Source: Octopus vulgaris
Taxonomy: Eukaryota
Assembly (NCBI GenBank): GCA_951406725.2
Contig: OX597829.1
Span: 11,222,001 to 11,286,000, forward strand
DNA: 64,000 nt
Direction: 5' to 3'
In this document: positions 18,803 through 31,611 of the stretch, one piece after another
Numbering within the stretch: position 1 is the stretch's first letter
Layout: each line of letters opens with the position of its first letter
Made by a program: the position numbers and the translations under genes
Notes under the pieces: generated by a model
What the model was told of the DNA's origin: nothing
Seen by the model: the letters and a program-made list of their open reading frames with translations, nothing else
The model's database searches: none

Positions 18803-18995
18803 TCGCGCTGGCAGAATCGTTAATGCATTTGTCGTTACACTCTGAGTTCAAATTCGTCAGTGGTCGACTGCCTTTCATCTTTTCGAGGTCGATAAAATAA
18901 GTAGCACAATTTAGCACTGGGATCGATGTATTTGACATAAAAAAAACCACCCCCACCGAACTTGCTGGCTTTGGGCCAAAATCTGAAACCATTAT
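18803..18995 (+). mobile_element. tRNA-derived SINE (short family)
   Basis: gctggcagaatcgttaa...gagttcaaattc...gtcgactgcctttcatcttttcgaggtcgataaaataagta...tgaaacc. Confidence 0.75.
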
Positions 18996-19024
18996 CATTA
19001 TCACAATAATTGTTGTTGTTGTTG

Positions 19025-19059
<35 letters not shown>

Positions 19060-19261
19060 TCTGCTGCTGTTGTTACCTTCCATATTTTCAGGGTTCATAA
19101 AATAAGTACGAATTGAGCACCGTGGTCAATGCAATCGACTGGCCACCCCACCTCACAAATTACTGATCCCGTGTCAAAATTTGAAACTATCATCATCATC
19201 GCTATGATCATCAACATCATCATCATCATCAGCAGCAGCAGCAGCATCATCAACAACATCA

Positions 19262-19433
<172 letters not shown>

Positions 19434-19452
19434 CATCATTATTATTATTATT

Positions 19453-19941
19453 GAGCAGCACATGTCATCTAAGTGACACTGGGGTAAAATATACGAAGCC
19501 CAGTATACCCATCATGACTACCCGTCTGATAAGGGTAAACTAGGTACATGCATCACAAACATATGTGCGCAACATGGTGATCTCATATTAAGATAAACAG
19601 CACATAACCTTCCAGGTGGGGTCCAGTTAGAATTTTCTTCTGGTCGAGTAACTCATCCTGCTCAAAAGGTCCCTGAATAAGGGTTGTTTAAGGATGTTGA
19701 AAGAAACACTCATGTTTCCAGAGGTGAATTATTCAAACCCCAAAGAATCCCTCTCAACACATGGCTATGATGCTCCCCCACTACTTCCGCTCGTGTTCAG
19801 AGATGCACATATCATCAGCCACTAAGGGACATGGTCAACTGGTTAAGGTCAAACAAATGACAAGCAAATCTGTGGTATTGAGCAGAATATTAGCTGTAGC
19901 CCATCTTTTAAATGTACATGATGACACTTCCCATCAAGGCA

Positions 19942-19942
<1 letters not shown>
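19453..19942 (-). mobile_element. Non-coding TAA-inserted element, family D copy D1 (internal deletions)
   Basis: Colinear with 42060-42616 and 42798-43352; (TTA)n on both sides. Strand inferred from junction phase. Confidence 0.8.
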
Positions 19943-20024
<82 letters not shown>

Positions 20025-20025
20025 T

Positions 20026-20468
20026 CAGTAGTTTTATTTTTATAGCGTGCTTTCACTTCACTACCGAGCACAGCTCTGTGTGCCTTGGGTATGTGCTGTG
20101 ATTTGTTGTGATGCTCTGATGGTTATTGTATGGAAAGTGTTCTGCGTAGGATGTGTGCAGTGCCTAGTAGTGCAATTTTCTGTATGTTATATGTGTTTGT
20201 AAGTCCTGGTGTTTTTGTTATGTATTTGTCTGAATATTTTTTTATCATGCCTAATGCACCTACTATGATAGGAATTGTTTCTGTTTTCAGATTCCACATT
20301 CTAGTCACCTCTATTTCCAGGTCTTTGTATTTTGAGAGTTTCTCCATTTCTTTTAGAGACACGTTGTCATCAGCCGGTATTGATACATCAATTAGAAAGC
20401 ATTTTTTTTCTTCATGATCTCTGACAACTATATCTGGTCTGTTGGCCTTAATTTCTCTATCTGTGTGA
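20026..20468 (-). mobile_element. R4/Dong family B copy B1, 5'-truncated
   Basis: ORF 20123-20362 (KLSKYKDLEIE..IIVGALG..IQKIALLGTAHILRR); 3' end ...ataaaactactg then AAT repeat. Confidence 0.9.
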
Positions 20469-20493
20469 TATTATTATTATTATTATTATTATT

Positions 20494-21227
20494 CTATGTT
20501 TGACTTTTGCTTTATATTTGTACAAGTTGGCTCCAAGTCTCACCCAGAGACCTCAAGAGACAACAGGGTTGGAAGTTCATGTTGTTGTTATGCCTAGTGT
20601 GCCATATATTTGGGGGGTGGGGATGTTGTACTAATGAATGTCTAAAAAGAAAAAAAAAAGGTTTTTTTTTTTTTTTTTTTTTTTAAACCGAAAATTATGT
20701 TTGTTTTAAACCTTGAGATTACATAGAGAGTATTTTGCGTAGGATATGAGCAGTTCCCATGAGCACTATCTTTTGAACTTCTGCCATTTTTGGGTTTCCT
20801 GGTATCTGAGTTAGGTAGCTATCAGCCCCGGCACCTATGACAACAGGTATTGTTTTAGTCTTCAGCTTCCACATTTTGCTGATTTCTATTTCAAGATCTT
20901 TATATTTGCTCAGTTTTTGGTAGGTCTTGACAGATACGTTTATATCGATTGGGACAGTCATATCAATGAGGAGGCATGTTCTTTGTTTGAAGTTTTTCAA
21001 TATGATGTCTGGCCTATTTGCATCTATCTTCCTGTCAGTTTGAATGGTGAAGTTCCAGAGGAGTGAGATGTGGTCATTTTCAAGCACTGGGGGTGGTTTG
21101 TGTTCCCACCAGTTTTTTTCATGGGGCAAATCCAGGTTTTTACAGATTACCCAGTGAATATATTGTGCAGCTCTATCGTGCCTGTTGAGATACTCTGTAG
21201 GCGCTAGAAGACTGCACTTGGAGACCA

Positions 21228-21228
<1 letters not shown>
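20494..21228 (-). mobile_element. R4/Dong family A copy A2, 5'-truncated
   Basis: RHD, PDI and KYKDL motifs in ORF 20719-21381; family A 3' UTR. Confidence 0.92.
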
Positions 21229-21294
<66 letters not shown>

Positions 21295-21317
21295 TATTAT
21301 TATTATTATTATTATCA

Positions 21318-21349
<32 letters not shown>

Positions 21350-21350
<1 letters not shown>

Positions 21351-22967
21351 TATGTTTGACTTTTGCTTTATATTTGTACAAGTTGGCTCAAGTCTCCAGA
21401 GACCTCAAGAGACAACAGGGTTGAAGTTCATGTTGTTGTTATGCCTAGTGTGCCATATATTTGGGGGTGGATGTTGTACTAATGAATGTCTAAAATTTTT
21501 TTTTTTTTTTTTTTAAACCGGAAATTATGTTTGTTTTAAACCTTGAGATTACATGAGAGTATTTTGCGTAGGATATGAGCAGTTCCATGAGCACTATCTT
21601 TTGAACTTCTGCCATTTTGGGTTTCTGGTATCTGAGTTAGGTAGCTATCAGCCCTTTTGCTATCATTCCAGGGCACTATGACACAGGTATTGTTTAGTCT
21701 TCAGCTTCCACATTTTGCTGATTTCTATTTCAAGATCTTTATATTTGCTCAGTTTTTGGTAGGTCTTGACAGATACGTTTATATCGATTGGGACAGTCAT
21801 ATCAATGAGGAGGCATGTTCTTTGTTTGAAGTTTTCAATATGATGTCTGGCCTATTTGCATCTATCTTTCTGTCGTTTGAATGGTGAAGTTCAGAGAGTG
21901 AGATGTGGTCATTTTCAAGCACTGGGGTGGTTTGTGTTCCCACCAGTTTTTCATGGGCAAATCCAGGTTTTTACAGATTACCCAGTGAATATATTGTGCA
22001 GCTCTATCGTGCCTGTTGAGATACTCTGTAGGCGCTAGAAGACTGCACTTAGACCACATGGTCAATGGTTTCATTTGTTGCTTGCATACACGACACGTTG
22101 GACTGCTTCTGATCTTTAATATGTTGGCCTGGTAGTTTCTTGTTGGTAGGCATTGATCTTGAGCTGCTATGATAAACCCCTCTGTTTCAGATTTTAAGCC
22201 AGAGCCATTAGCCATTGATGGGTCAGGGCTTTGTCGATATCTGCATTATTCGCCTCTTTGGGTATTTGCCAAAGAGGTTTTCTTCCATTTATTATTCAGA
22301 ATATCTAAGGCCGCAGTTTTGGCACGGGTTTTCATGCGCCTAGCTTTTCTGTGCTTGTTTCTTGTATATCTATCTCTAATTCCGAAATTGGTTGTATTCG
22401 GAGTTCACTTAGATATTCCTTTGCCTGTTTTGTGACTGAGTATGATGCTTTCTTGTTTTCATGTTTTGAGACAAGTTTAGCATCAGTCCTCAGAGTTTTC
22501 AGGTAGGTGTCTAGGCCAATTGTAGCAATCTTCATTGTTATTGCCAGTTGCAAAGACCACGGCTCCTCTTTCTTGGCAGATATAGTCGTTCTGTATCTGC
22601 CTTAGGTGTGCATTCTATGCATTGTCAACAGTTTCTTATTTTTCTGTCGAGCTGACTATTTCAGTAATTGACCAGTTAACAATATTGAAACTGTAAGTCC
22701 ACTGGTATGCAATGCATTGATTGCTTCGATCCTGTTTCTTGCATTCAACTCTGTCTTGAGTATTGCTCTCACTCTTCGATAGCATTCTCTCGATCCTTTC
22801 CTTCATCTCTGAATGCCTTATTCCGTTCCCTTCAATTATCCCTAGGTACTTGTAGCTCTCCGCTGGGTCTAGTTCTTTTATGACATTCTGTTGGTCAAGG
22901 TTAACGTTAGATGTTTCTGTCATTTTCCTTTGATAAAGGTAGCCTTTGCACATTTATCGAGGCGAAT

Positions 22968-22968
<1 letters not shown>
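21350..22968 (-). mobile_element. R4/Dong family A copy A3, many 1-bp deletions
   Basis: Fragmented ORFs 21862-22953 (YKYLG, AAQDQCLPTRNY, CRVC, RHD) colinear with A4. Confidence 0.9.
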
Positions 22969-23004
<36 letters not shown>

Positions 23005-23047
23005 CATCATCATTATTATTATTATTATTATTATCATTATTATCATT

Positions 23048-23134
<87 letters not shown>

Positions 23135-23162
23135 TATTATTATTATTATTGTTATTATTATT

Positions 23163-26100
23163 CAGTAGTTTTATTTTTATAGCGTGCTTTCACTTCACTA
23201 CCGAGCGCAGCTCTGTGTGCCTTGGGTATGTGCTGTGATTGATTGTGATGCTCTCATTGTTACTGTATTGAAAGTGTTCTGCGTAGGATGTGTGCAGTGC
23301 CTAATAGTGCAATTTTCTATATGCTATATGTGTTTGTAAGTCCTGGTGTTTTTATGTACTTGTCTGAAAATTTTGTTATCATGCCTAATGATAGGAATTG
23401 TTGTCATCTGCTGGTATTCATACATCAATTAGAATGCATTTTTTTTCTTCATGATCTCTGACAACTATATCTGGTCTGTTGGCCTTAATTTCTCTATCTG
23501 TGTGTATTGGCATATCCCAGACTATGGTTGCTTTCTCGTTTTCTGTGACCTTTTCTGGGGTGTGCCTATACCATCTTTTTTCTGTTGTTATTCCATAATG
23601 TTGGCAAAGCTTCCAGTGTATGAAGGTCCCAACTCTGTCGTGTCTGTGAATATATTCCTTCTTAGCCAGGACTGGGCAGCCAGAGATAATATGATTTATT
23701 GTTTCTTGTCCATCTCCAAATATTCTGCAGTTACTTGTTATATTTCTTGTCATTACATGTTTTTGGTAATTTCTGGTGGGGAGGCGTTGGTCTTGTGCTG
23801 CAATTAAAAATCCCTCTGTCTCTGCTTTGTGTCCTGAGCTTCTCAACCATTGCTGGGATTTTTCTTTGTCTATTTCTTTTGCATTTAGTTTAGTCCAGTA
23901 TTTGCCATGAAGGGGCTTTTCTTGCCCTCGTTTTATCATGATCCGTTGCTGTTCTAGTTTTAGTTTGGATTTCATTTGTTTTATAGTCTTCTTCTTCTTC
24001 TTCTTCTTCTTCTTCTTCTTCTTCTTCTTCTTCTTCTTCTTCTTCTTCTTCTTCTTCTTCTTCTTCTTCTTCTTCTTCTTCTTCTTCTTCTTCTTCTTCT
24101 TCTTCTTCTTCTTCTTCTTCTTCTTCTTCTTCTTCTTCTTCTTCTTCTTCTTCTTCATATTTGGTGGTATGATTTCTTGTTTGTATTTGTCAGCTTCTTT
24201 AAATACTGAGAACAGTTTATTGTTTTGTTCGTGTTTTGCCGCTATTTGTATCAGTTTTCCTTCCTTCTGAAGTAGATATTTTTGCAGTCCTATGGTGGTT
24301 ATTTTATAATGGTTTTCCAGCTGTATAACGCCTCTACCACCTTCTATACGTTGTATATATAGCCTTTCTATGAGGAACTGTCTTTAGTAGTGTTTCCAGC
24401 TGTTTGTCATTTGTAGCGTACAGTTTTAGGTCATCCATATATAAAAGGTGGCTGATCGTTTTGCCGTAACATTTGTATCCGCATCCAGTTCTATTTAGCA
24501 TATCAGATAGAGGTGACAGTGCCAAGCAGAAAAGGAATATTCCCTGGAATTTTCCTCTTCTAATAGGGATGGCTTTGGTTTTGACGAGTCCCTCTTTTGT
24601 TTGGAGGTGTAGCACTGTCTGCCGTTTATTCATAGAGTCTCCTATGTATTTTATAATTGTTGGTGCTACCCTGTTAATGGCTAGTGTTTCGAGGATCCAC
24701 GTGTGGGGAATGCTATCAAAAGCCTTTTGGTTGTCGATCCAGGCCAGACTTAGATCCTTCTTCTTTCTGCGGCTGTCTTCAGTTATGGCTTTATTAATCA
24801 TTAGTTGGTCTTTACAGCCATATGAGCCCTTGCGGCATCCTTTTTGCTCTTCTGGAAGCAGGTTTTTTTCGTCCAGGTGCTTATTCAATCTATGCGATAT
24901 TACTGCAGTAAAGGCTTTGTATATTGTAGGGAGACAGGTTATAGGTCTGTAGTTTTCTGGTCTTGCCGTCACATTGGATTTGGGAATTAAGATGGTTTTC
25001 CCTTTCGTGAGCCATTCAGGTATTGTCTCTGGCTCTGCCAGTATGTTGTTGAAGTTTTCAGCCAACTTTTCGTGCATTCCTGTCAGATGTTTCAACCAGA
25101 AGTTGGGGATCTTGTCGTGCCCAGGTGCCTTCCAGTTGCTTAGTCTTTGCAGTGCCTGGGTGACCTCTTCAGTTGTTATGGGGGTCCAGAATTGCACAGA
25201 TGCTAAGTTTGTTGTTTTAATACTCCTTTTCTGTGGTTGTTCATTCGCCGACCATATTTCTTTCCAGAATTCTTTCACTTCTTCTGCCGTTGGTGCGCAG
25301 TGATGTCTATTTTATTTTTGCCAAGTTTTTGGTAGAACTTTTTGGAATTGGAGTTGAAGTGTTTGTTTTGTTCAAAGAAACGTTGGCGTTTCTCATACCG
25401 GCGGGTCCTTTGTGCTTTGGCAAGTATATATTGCTTTAGCTTTTCTTTTATCTCAGGTAAATCTTTTTCTGTGATATATTTTCGGAGTATTTTTGTTTTC
25501 TTTTTGTTGCTTAGTAGCGTGGATTGTCTACTGATTTCGTTAAGAGTCGACAGTTCTTTTCTAATTTTTTTTTGTTATTTATCCACAGGTTTTGTTTGGG
25601 TGGTGGTACTCCTGTTTGGATGGGTTTGAGGGAGTATCCAGCTTCTTTTGTGGCTGCAGTGGCTGCTGCATATACTATGCCATTTAGCTCAGTGATATTG
25701 CTATTTGTTTCAGTGGCTATTAATTCTGTGACCGCCAGGTTTATGCTATTTATTATTGATGTTTTTTTTGTCTATTTTGATTTTTGGGAGGTATGGTCGG
25801 TGGTCCATTCTGAGATCTGTGGTTTTCAGTTCTTTGATTATTCTACTTTTTATAGTATCATAATCATTAGGCTACCCTTCGTTGTTTCCAGGTTTTAGAA
25901 TTGTCTCGCTTTCTCTCTCATTCGTATGTTTGTCTGTCGTGTTTTGGTTTGCTGCTTTTCGTACGGTCTGGGTTTGTTGGTTTTTGTTTACTTCGTTTTT
26001 GTTGGAAATGTTACGTTTGTCTTCCGGTTTTACTATCTCATTTTTTATATTATTTGGCATTGTTGTGTGGCTTCTATCTACATTTCCCTGATATATTTTC

Positions 26101-26360
26101 TTTCAAATGTTCTATTTCTATTTCTGATATATATTTTGCTATGAGAACATATCTTCGTGTGTTAGCTAGTTTATTAGGGTTCATTGCTGTATCCAAGTCT
26201 TTGTTTATGTTATTTTTCTTCCATATTTTATATGTATATGTATATGTTGTTTTGTTTTCGTTCTTTGGGTAGAGCACTGCTGTAAATTAAGTGTGAAGAA
26301 TTGAAATATGTTCCTCACGTGTCCAATTATGCCTTTTTGGTTTTATTTGCCCGGCCCTTT
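23163..26360 (-). mobile_element. R4/Dong family B copy B2, near full length, degenerate
   Basis: RT ORF 24334-25278 (WKAPGHDKI, YRPITCL, WIDNQKAFDSIPH, HLLYMDDLKL); RLE ORF 23418-24158; N-terminal WTREEH motif near 26320. Confidence 0.93.
23988..24157. repeat. (TTC)n expansion inside the B2 ORF
   Basis: Direct reading; about 170 bp of pure repeat. Confidence 0.97.
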
Positions 26361-26370
26361 GTTATAATTA

Positions 26371-26444
<74 letters not shown>

Positions 26445-27483
26445 CATTATTATTATTATCATTATTATTATTATCATTATTATTATTATTATTATTATTA
26501 TCATTATTTAAAAAATCAGGTTTCTCATAGAATACAGAGTATCGATTTTAGACAGTTCAACAATGCGAGTCTCAATTCCAATATCCTTCAGCCTCTAGAT
26601 TCGCAGAAAGCACTGGAGACAGCGGTCTTCGATGCCGTGCCTCGAATCTTGGTCAGATGTGGAAAGCTGCGCAAAGCATTTTTATGATTTTGTTTACGAA
26701 GTGTTTTTTGTTTGTTTTTGTTTTTATTTTTTTTCTCGGTGGGTGATGTGTTGGGAGTTGAGCCGCTGTGCGAGAGGTAACCACCTGGATTGGATGGGTA
26801 ATCCACGAGCTCTTTTTGATGTACACCATATTCGTTCCCTCCTACTTTGACAGCCATCTACTACAGCTAGCAACCTAGCAAGAGATTGGAAGCAATTCCA
26901 GTTGAATGAGCCGAGAATGGTGACGCAGATATTGAATAATTGGAATTTCCTACAACATGATTTGATAAATATCATTATATATTTTGCGTGCGATGTAATG
27001 TATTTTGTGTTTCTCAATTAGTAAAACATTCAAAGCAGTTTTCTAATTTTTGTGCAATTCTATTTAAATTGTACTGGTGTCGACTATTTTAAATCCAATG
27101 TTGATGATTTTATCATCTATGAAAATTGTTCTCAGTTATTACCGTTGGATAATTCTTAATCTGACGTTGATCACTTTTCCAGTTAAAATATTATTCCTGT
27201 GATCCCTTACAAATTACTACAAAGCGTGCCAACAATGCACCTTTATTAAAATCACTTTATTATAAGTATTGAATTATCAAGTTCTCCAGATAATAAACAA
27301 GTCGAACTATTGATAAACTAAAAATGAAGGCCTATTAAAAATGTGAAAAATCCTTAATAAACAAGACCAGACATGAACATAGCCCTGATTTTAAATATAT
27401 ATATATATGCCAGAGCAAGCACATTAATGCGAAACAAAGTGGAAAAAATAGTACTCGAATACCAGAGGTAGAGTAATATGCTT

Positions 27484-27762
27484 TATTAAAAAGCAGCAAA
27501 AATATCACAAGAACTGTTACTTAGAGTTTCACGCTTTTGTTTTTATTTTTTACTCGGCAGATGATGTGTTGCAAGTGATGAGCTGCAGTGCGAGAGGCAA
27601 TCACCTGGATTGGATGGTTGATCCACGAGCTCTTTTTGATGTATACCTGATTCGTTCCCTCCTACTATGACAGCCATTAACTACAGCTAGCAACCTAGCA
27701 ACAGATTGGAAATGTGAAACTCAGAATAACAGTTTTTGTGATATTTTTTCTGCTTTTTAATA
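27484..27762. repeat. Short foldback: ~49-bp inverted arms around a copy of 26716-26890
   Basis: 27484-27532 vs 27714-27762 are inverted; the internal 27536-27710 is a diverged direct copy of 26716-26890. Confidence 0.75.
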
Positions 27763-27798
27763 CATTATATATATATATATATAATGTGTGTGTGTACC

Positions 27799-27842
<44 letters not shown>

Positions 27843-27939
27843 TAAAAACGGTAAGATAACAAAAGAAAGAAAGAGACCTCAATATTATGTAAAATAGAGG
27901 AAATTTATCTGTAAAATAGTATGTGACAATTGTTCGGTA

Positions 27940-28009
27940 GCCAAGATAAAACTCTGAGTTTCGGACGCCGAGGTGGAAATCCACAACACCATCTCTTCGG
28001 TTATCTGGC
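27940..28009 (-). ncRNA. Type-I hammerhead-like motif (CCGAAGA core variant); inverted copy at ~30306-30374 (+)
   Basis: Minus strand reads gccagataa-CCGAAGA-gatg..gtggatttccac..cgtcc-GAAAC-tcaga-GTT-ttatcttggc. Stem I pairs; the base of stem II is imperfect. Confidence 0.5.
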
Positions 28010-29077
28010 CATCTCAAAAACGCTATGAAAAAAGACCGTTATACAAAGGGAAATTACTGTGTTATAGTCCGCTACTTATATAAAAGCGCTAATTCAATGA
28101 CCGCTAATTAAAATAAAGTTAAAAGTTCATAGTAAACACGTAAGCATGCCTGCTCATACGCACTTATGTGCGCTCACGCACCCACGTGCTTACGTAGACA
28201 TTACTATGAAAATGTACACATCATCACTCGCATTTTATATTAATGTAGGTTCATGCCATCCCCCTATAGTATTCAAAAATTTAGTTAAAAATATTAGTAA
28301 GAGGATTTCTAGACTATCCTACGATAAGGTCATTTTTAATAGCGTTGCCCCAGTTTATAATAAGGCTCTAAAAGAGAGTGGTTTTAGCGAAGAAATAACC
28401 TATACACCTGTTACTAGGCCAACAGTAAAGAAGAGGAAAAATAGAAATAGGAAGATCATCTGGTTCACACCTCCCTACTCACCCGAGGTGACCTTCAATG
28501 TAGGTAAATATTTCTTAGCACTGATAGATAGACATTTTCCAGTTAACCATACTTACAAGAAGCTCTTCAATAAACACAATTTAAAAATTAGTTTTAGCTC
28601 AACTACCAATTTTAAAAATATAATCGCACATAACACACAAAAACCGCAACACAAAAACAGCTGTTCGTGCAGGAATAAAAAAACTGTGCCCGCTAAATGG
28701 AGCTTGCATGTCCGAGACCATCATCTATGAAGCTACTGTGGACTCTATACCCACTGAAGACACCGTTTTGACGAAGAAATACGTGGGCCTTACAGAGGGT
28801 AATTTCAAAGCCAGGTTCAATAATCACACCTTAAGTTTTAGGCACTGGGACAAAAGGAAAGCGACAAAATTATCCAATCATGTTTGGTCATTAAAAGATA
28901 AAGGTGTCAGTTACAATTTCCATTGGAGGATTTTAGCCAAATGTAAGCCCTACACCAATGGCAGCGGAAAGTGCGGTCTATGCGACATGGAAAGATGGCT
29001 TATCTGGAAAAGCAGTTTAGACCCTGCTACATGTCTAAACTCAAGGATAGAACTTTTCGGATCATGCCCATATGTGA

Positions 29078-29737
29078 CCAGTAAATATCGGTGCTTCGTT
29101 GTACCATTTATTTACTTTTATGTATAATTTTACCCTCACGGGCTATCCTTTACTGGAAAGCAATACTCTCGTATTGCATTACTATTTTCATTGAAACTTC
29201 TTCATTGTTCTCGTTCTGTTAACGTTTTGGCGTTCAGACGAGTGTACTGGCATAGATGTAGCAACATTTGAAATATTGTCGACGTTTATGCAGCTGATGA
29301 AGATAAATCAAATATACGTTTGGCAAACGTATTTTGAAGAATCCGAAACCGGTACTGCATTATCCGTTTCTAGGTTTTTCATTTTTCAGATGTTCTTCCT
29401 AGAGGTAAGGCAATTTTTTTCATGTTTGTTGCACACACGCATCTTTACTAGTACATACGCAGTGAAGCTATACATTAGCGTCGTATTTATTACGTTCGCT
29501 ATTTTCCAGTAAATATCGGTGCTTCATTGTACCATTTATTTACTTTTATGTATAATTTTACCCTCACGGGCTATCCTTTACTGGAAAGCAATACTCTCGT
29601 ATTGCATTACTATTTTCATTGAAACTTCTTCACTGTTCTCGTTCAGTTAACGTTTTGGCGTTCAGACGAGTGTACTGGCATAGATGTGGCAACATTTGAA
29701 ATATTGTCGAGGTTTATGCAGCTGATGAAGATAAATC
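29078..29737 (+). repeat. About 1.5 tandem copies of a ~429-bp hammerhead-containing unit
   Basis: ccagtaaatatcggtgcttc...gctgatgaagataaatc occurs at 29078-29309 and again at 29507-29737. Confidence 0.88.
29288..29360 (+). ncRNA. Type-I hammerhead ribozyme with minimal palindromic stem III
   Basis: atgcag-CTGATGA-agat..tcaaatatacgtttggcaaacgtattttga..atcc-GAAAC-cg-GTA-ctgcat. Stem I atgcag/ctgcat is perfect; the first stem II pair is A-C. Confidence 0.78.
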
Positions 29738-30468
29738 CACAACACCATGTCTTCGTTTATCTGGCCATCTGAAAAACGCTATGAAAAAAGACCGTTATAC
29801 AAAGGGATGCCACTTATACAAAAGTGCTAATTCGGATGACTGCTAATTAAGATAAGGCTAAAAGTTCATAGTAAACTCGTAAGCATGCCTGTTCATACGC
29901 ACGCATGGGCGCTCGTGCACCTACGTGCGTACGTATACATCACTATGAAAACGTACACATCTTCACTCGCATTTTTCGCCAAATGTCTATGCATATATAT
30001 ATATATATATATATTTATATATTTATATATATATAAACTCCCACACAAACACGCGCACCGTAAAAGTTCATACATACGTCTACATACGCACAAGTACAAG
30101 AAAAGACATTGGGTAAGGGTAACAATACAGAAAAAAGGCAAAAATTCGTCTAAACTGCTTTTCCAGATAAGCCATCTTTCCATGTCGCATAGACCGCACT
30201 TTCCGCTGCCGTTGGTGTAGGGCTTACATTTGGCTAAAATCTTCCAATGGATTTTTATCTCATTATACCTTTTACTTTTATTTTTTCATAGCGTTTTTCA
30301 GATGACCAGATAACCAAAGAGATAGTGGTGTGGATTTCCACCTCGGCATCTGAAACTCAGAGTTTTATCTTGGCCACCGAATAATTGTTACATATTATTT
30401 TACAGATAAATTCCTCTATTTACATAATATTGAGGTCTCATTCTTTCTTTGTTATCTTACCGTTTTTA

Positions 30469-30506
<38 letters not shown>

Positions 30507-30659
30507 ATGAAGAAATTATACAAAATGTATAAACAGATGATGAGTAAAGCACCGGCAAAGCTTCGATTCCCTGTTGTTATCCGTAGATTTACTGCAGGGA
30601 TTTCGTAGCGGCAGTTGGGGTAACAGTATTACTAAAATAGATGTAGTGAGGAAAATATT

Positions 30660-30716
30660 TTATTGGGTACGACACATGTTTCGACCCGTTCTGGGTCTCT
30701 TCGGGTGAATCAATAA
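30660..30716 (-). ncRNA. Type-I hammerhead motif (CCGAAGA core variant)
   Basis: Minus strand reads ttattgattcac-CCGAAGA-gaccc-agaac-gggtc-GAAAC-atgt-GTC-gtacccaataa, with a perfect stem II, a GUC site, and stem I with an internal loop. Confidence 0.72.
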
Positions 30717-31090
30717 AAAAAGTCTTACTAGAGATTTTCTGATTCGGTTTTACATACTGCTATATGTCCATCAACTTCGAGAATGGGTAAAAAACAGAGA
30801 AAAAATTGAAACGCAAAAACTTCAAATATGAACGCGAAAATTATACATTCTAGTTTAGAGAAAATGACGTAATCAGCCATCGCTGTTGCAAGTGTTAAGA
30901 GAAAGAAAAGGAAGTAGAAGTTGAAAGGAAGAAAATGTTTAGACGACTTTTTTTGTGTGTTCGTGTTTAGACGCACATATACATACAGAGATACATATAT
31001 ATATATATATATATGCACATATACATACGCACACGTATGGACGAATACATACATATATATGTATAGGAACACGTATACGCAGGTACACAC

Positions 31091-31131
<41 letters not shown>

Positions 31132-31560
31132 AATATATGTAGATAGCATAGATAAACATGTGCACAGATTCGTACGTAAAGCAAGATTCAGACGTGTGTG
31201 AAAAGTTTGACACATACGCACATGTGTTAATACATTCACGTATACACATAAGCAAATATATACACGGATATACATACATATACACACACATATACAAATA
31301 TCTATGCATATACACATATAAACATACACCCGCGTACACGTATACATACACTCACACTAATATATACATACCCCTACGAAAAACGCAAATGCGCGCAGAT
31401 GAATATGTATATCTATATATACGCACATATACACGCACGCACACACATGCACACACACACACACACATATATATAAATATATATATATACACATATGCAC
31501 ATACACACATACACGTACACATAAATGCGTATACACACATATATACAAACGCATACGTGC

Positions 31561-31611
<51 letters not shown>

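Larger units (their letters stand above)
27838..30475 (+). mobile_element. Composite Penelope-like element with ~190-bp inverted termini in (TA)n
   Basis: Termini 27838-28035 and 30283-30475 are inverted. ORFs 28146-29127 encode an RT thumb (SCHPP, KIIWFTPPYS), a Cys-rich linker and GIY-YIG (IIYEA..KYVGLTEGNFKARFNNH..CGLC..LNSRIE). An inverted ORF fragment lies at 30149-30250. Confidence 0.88.
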
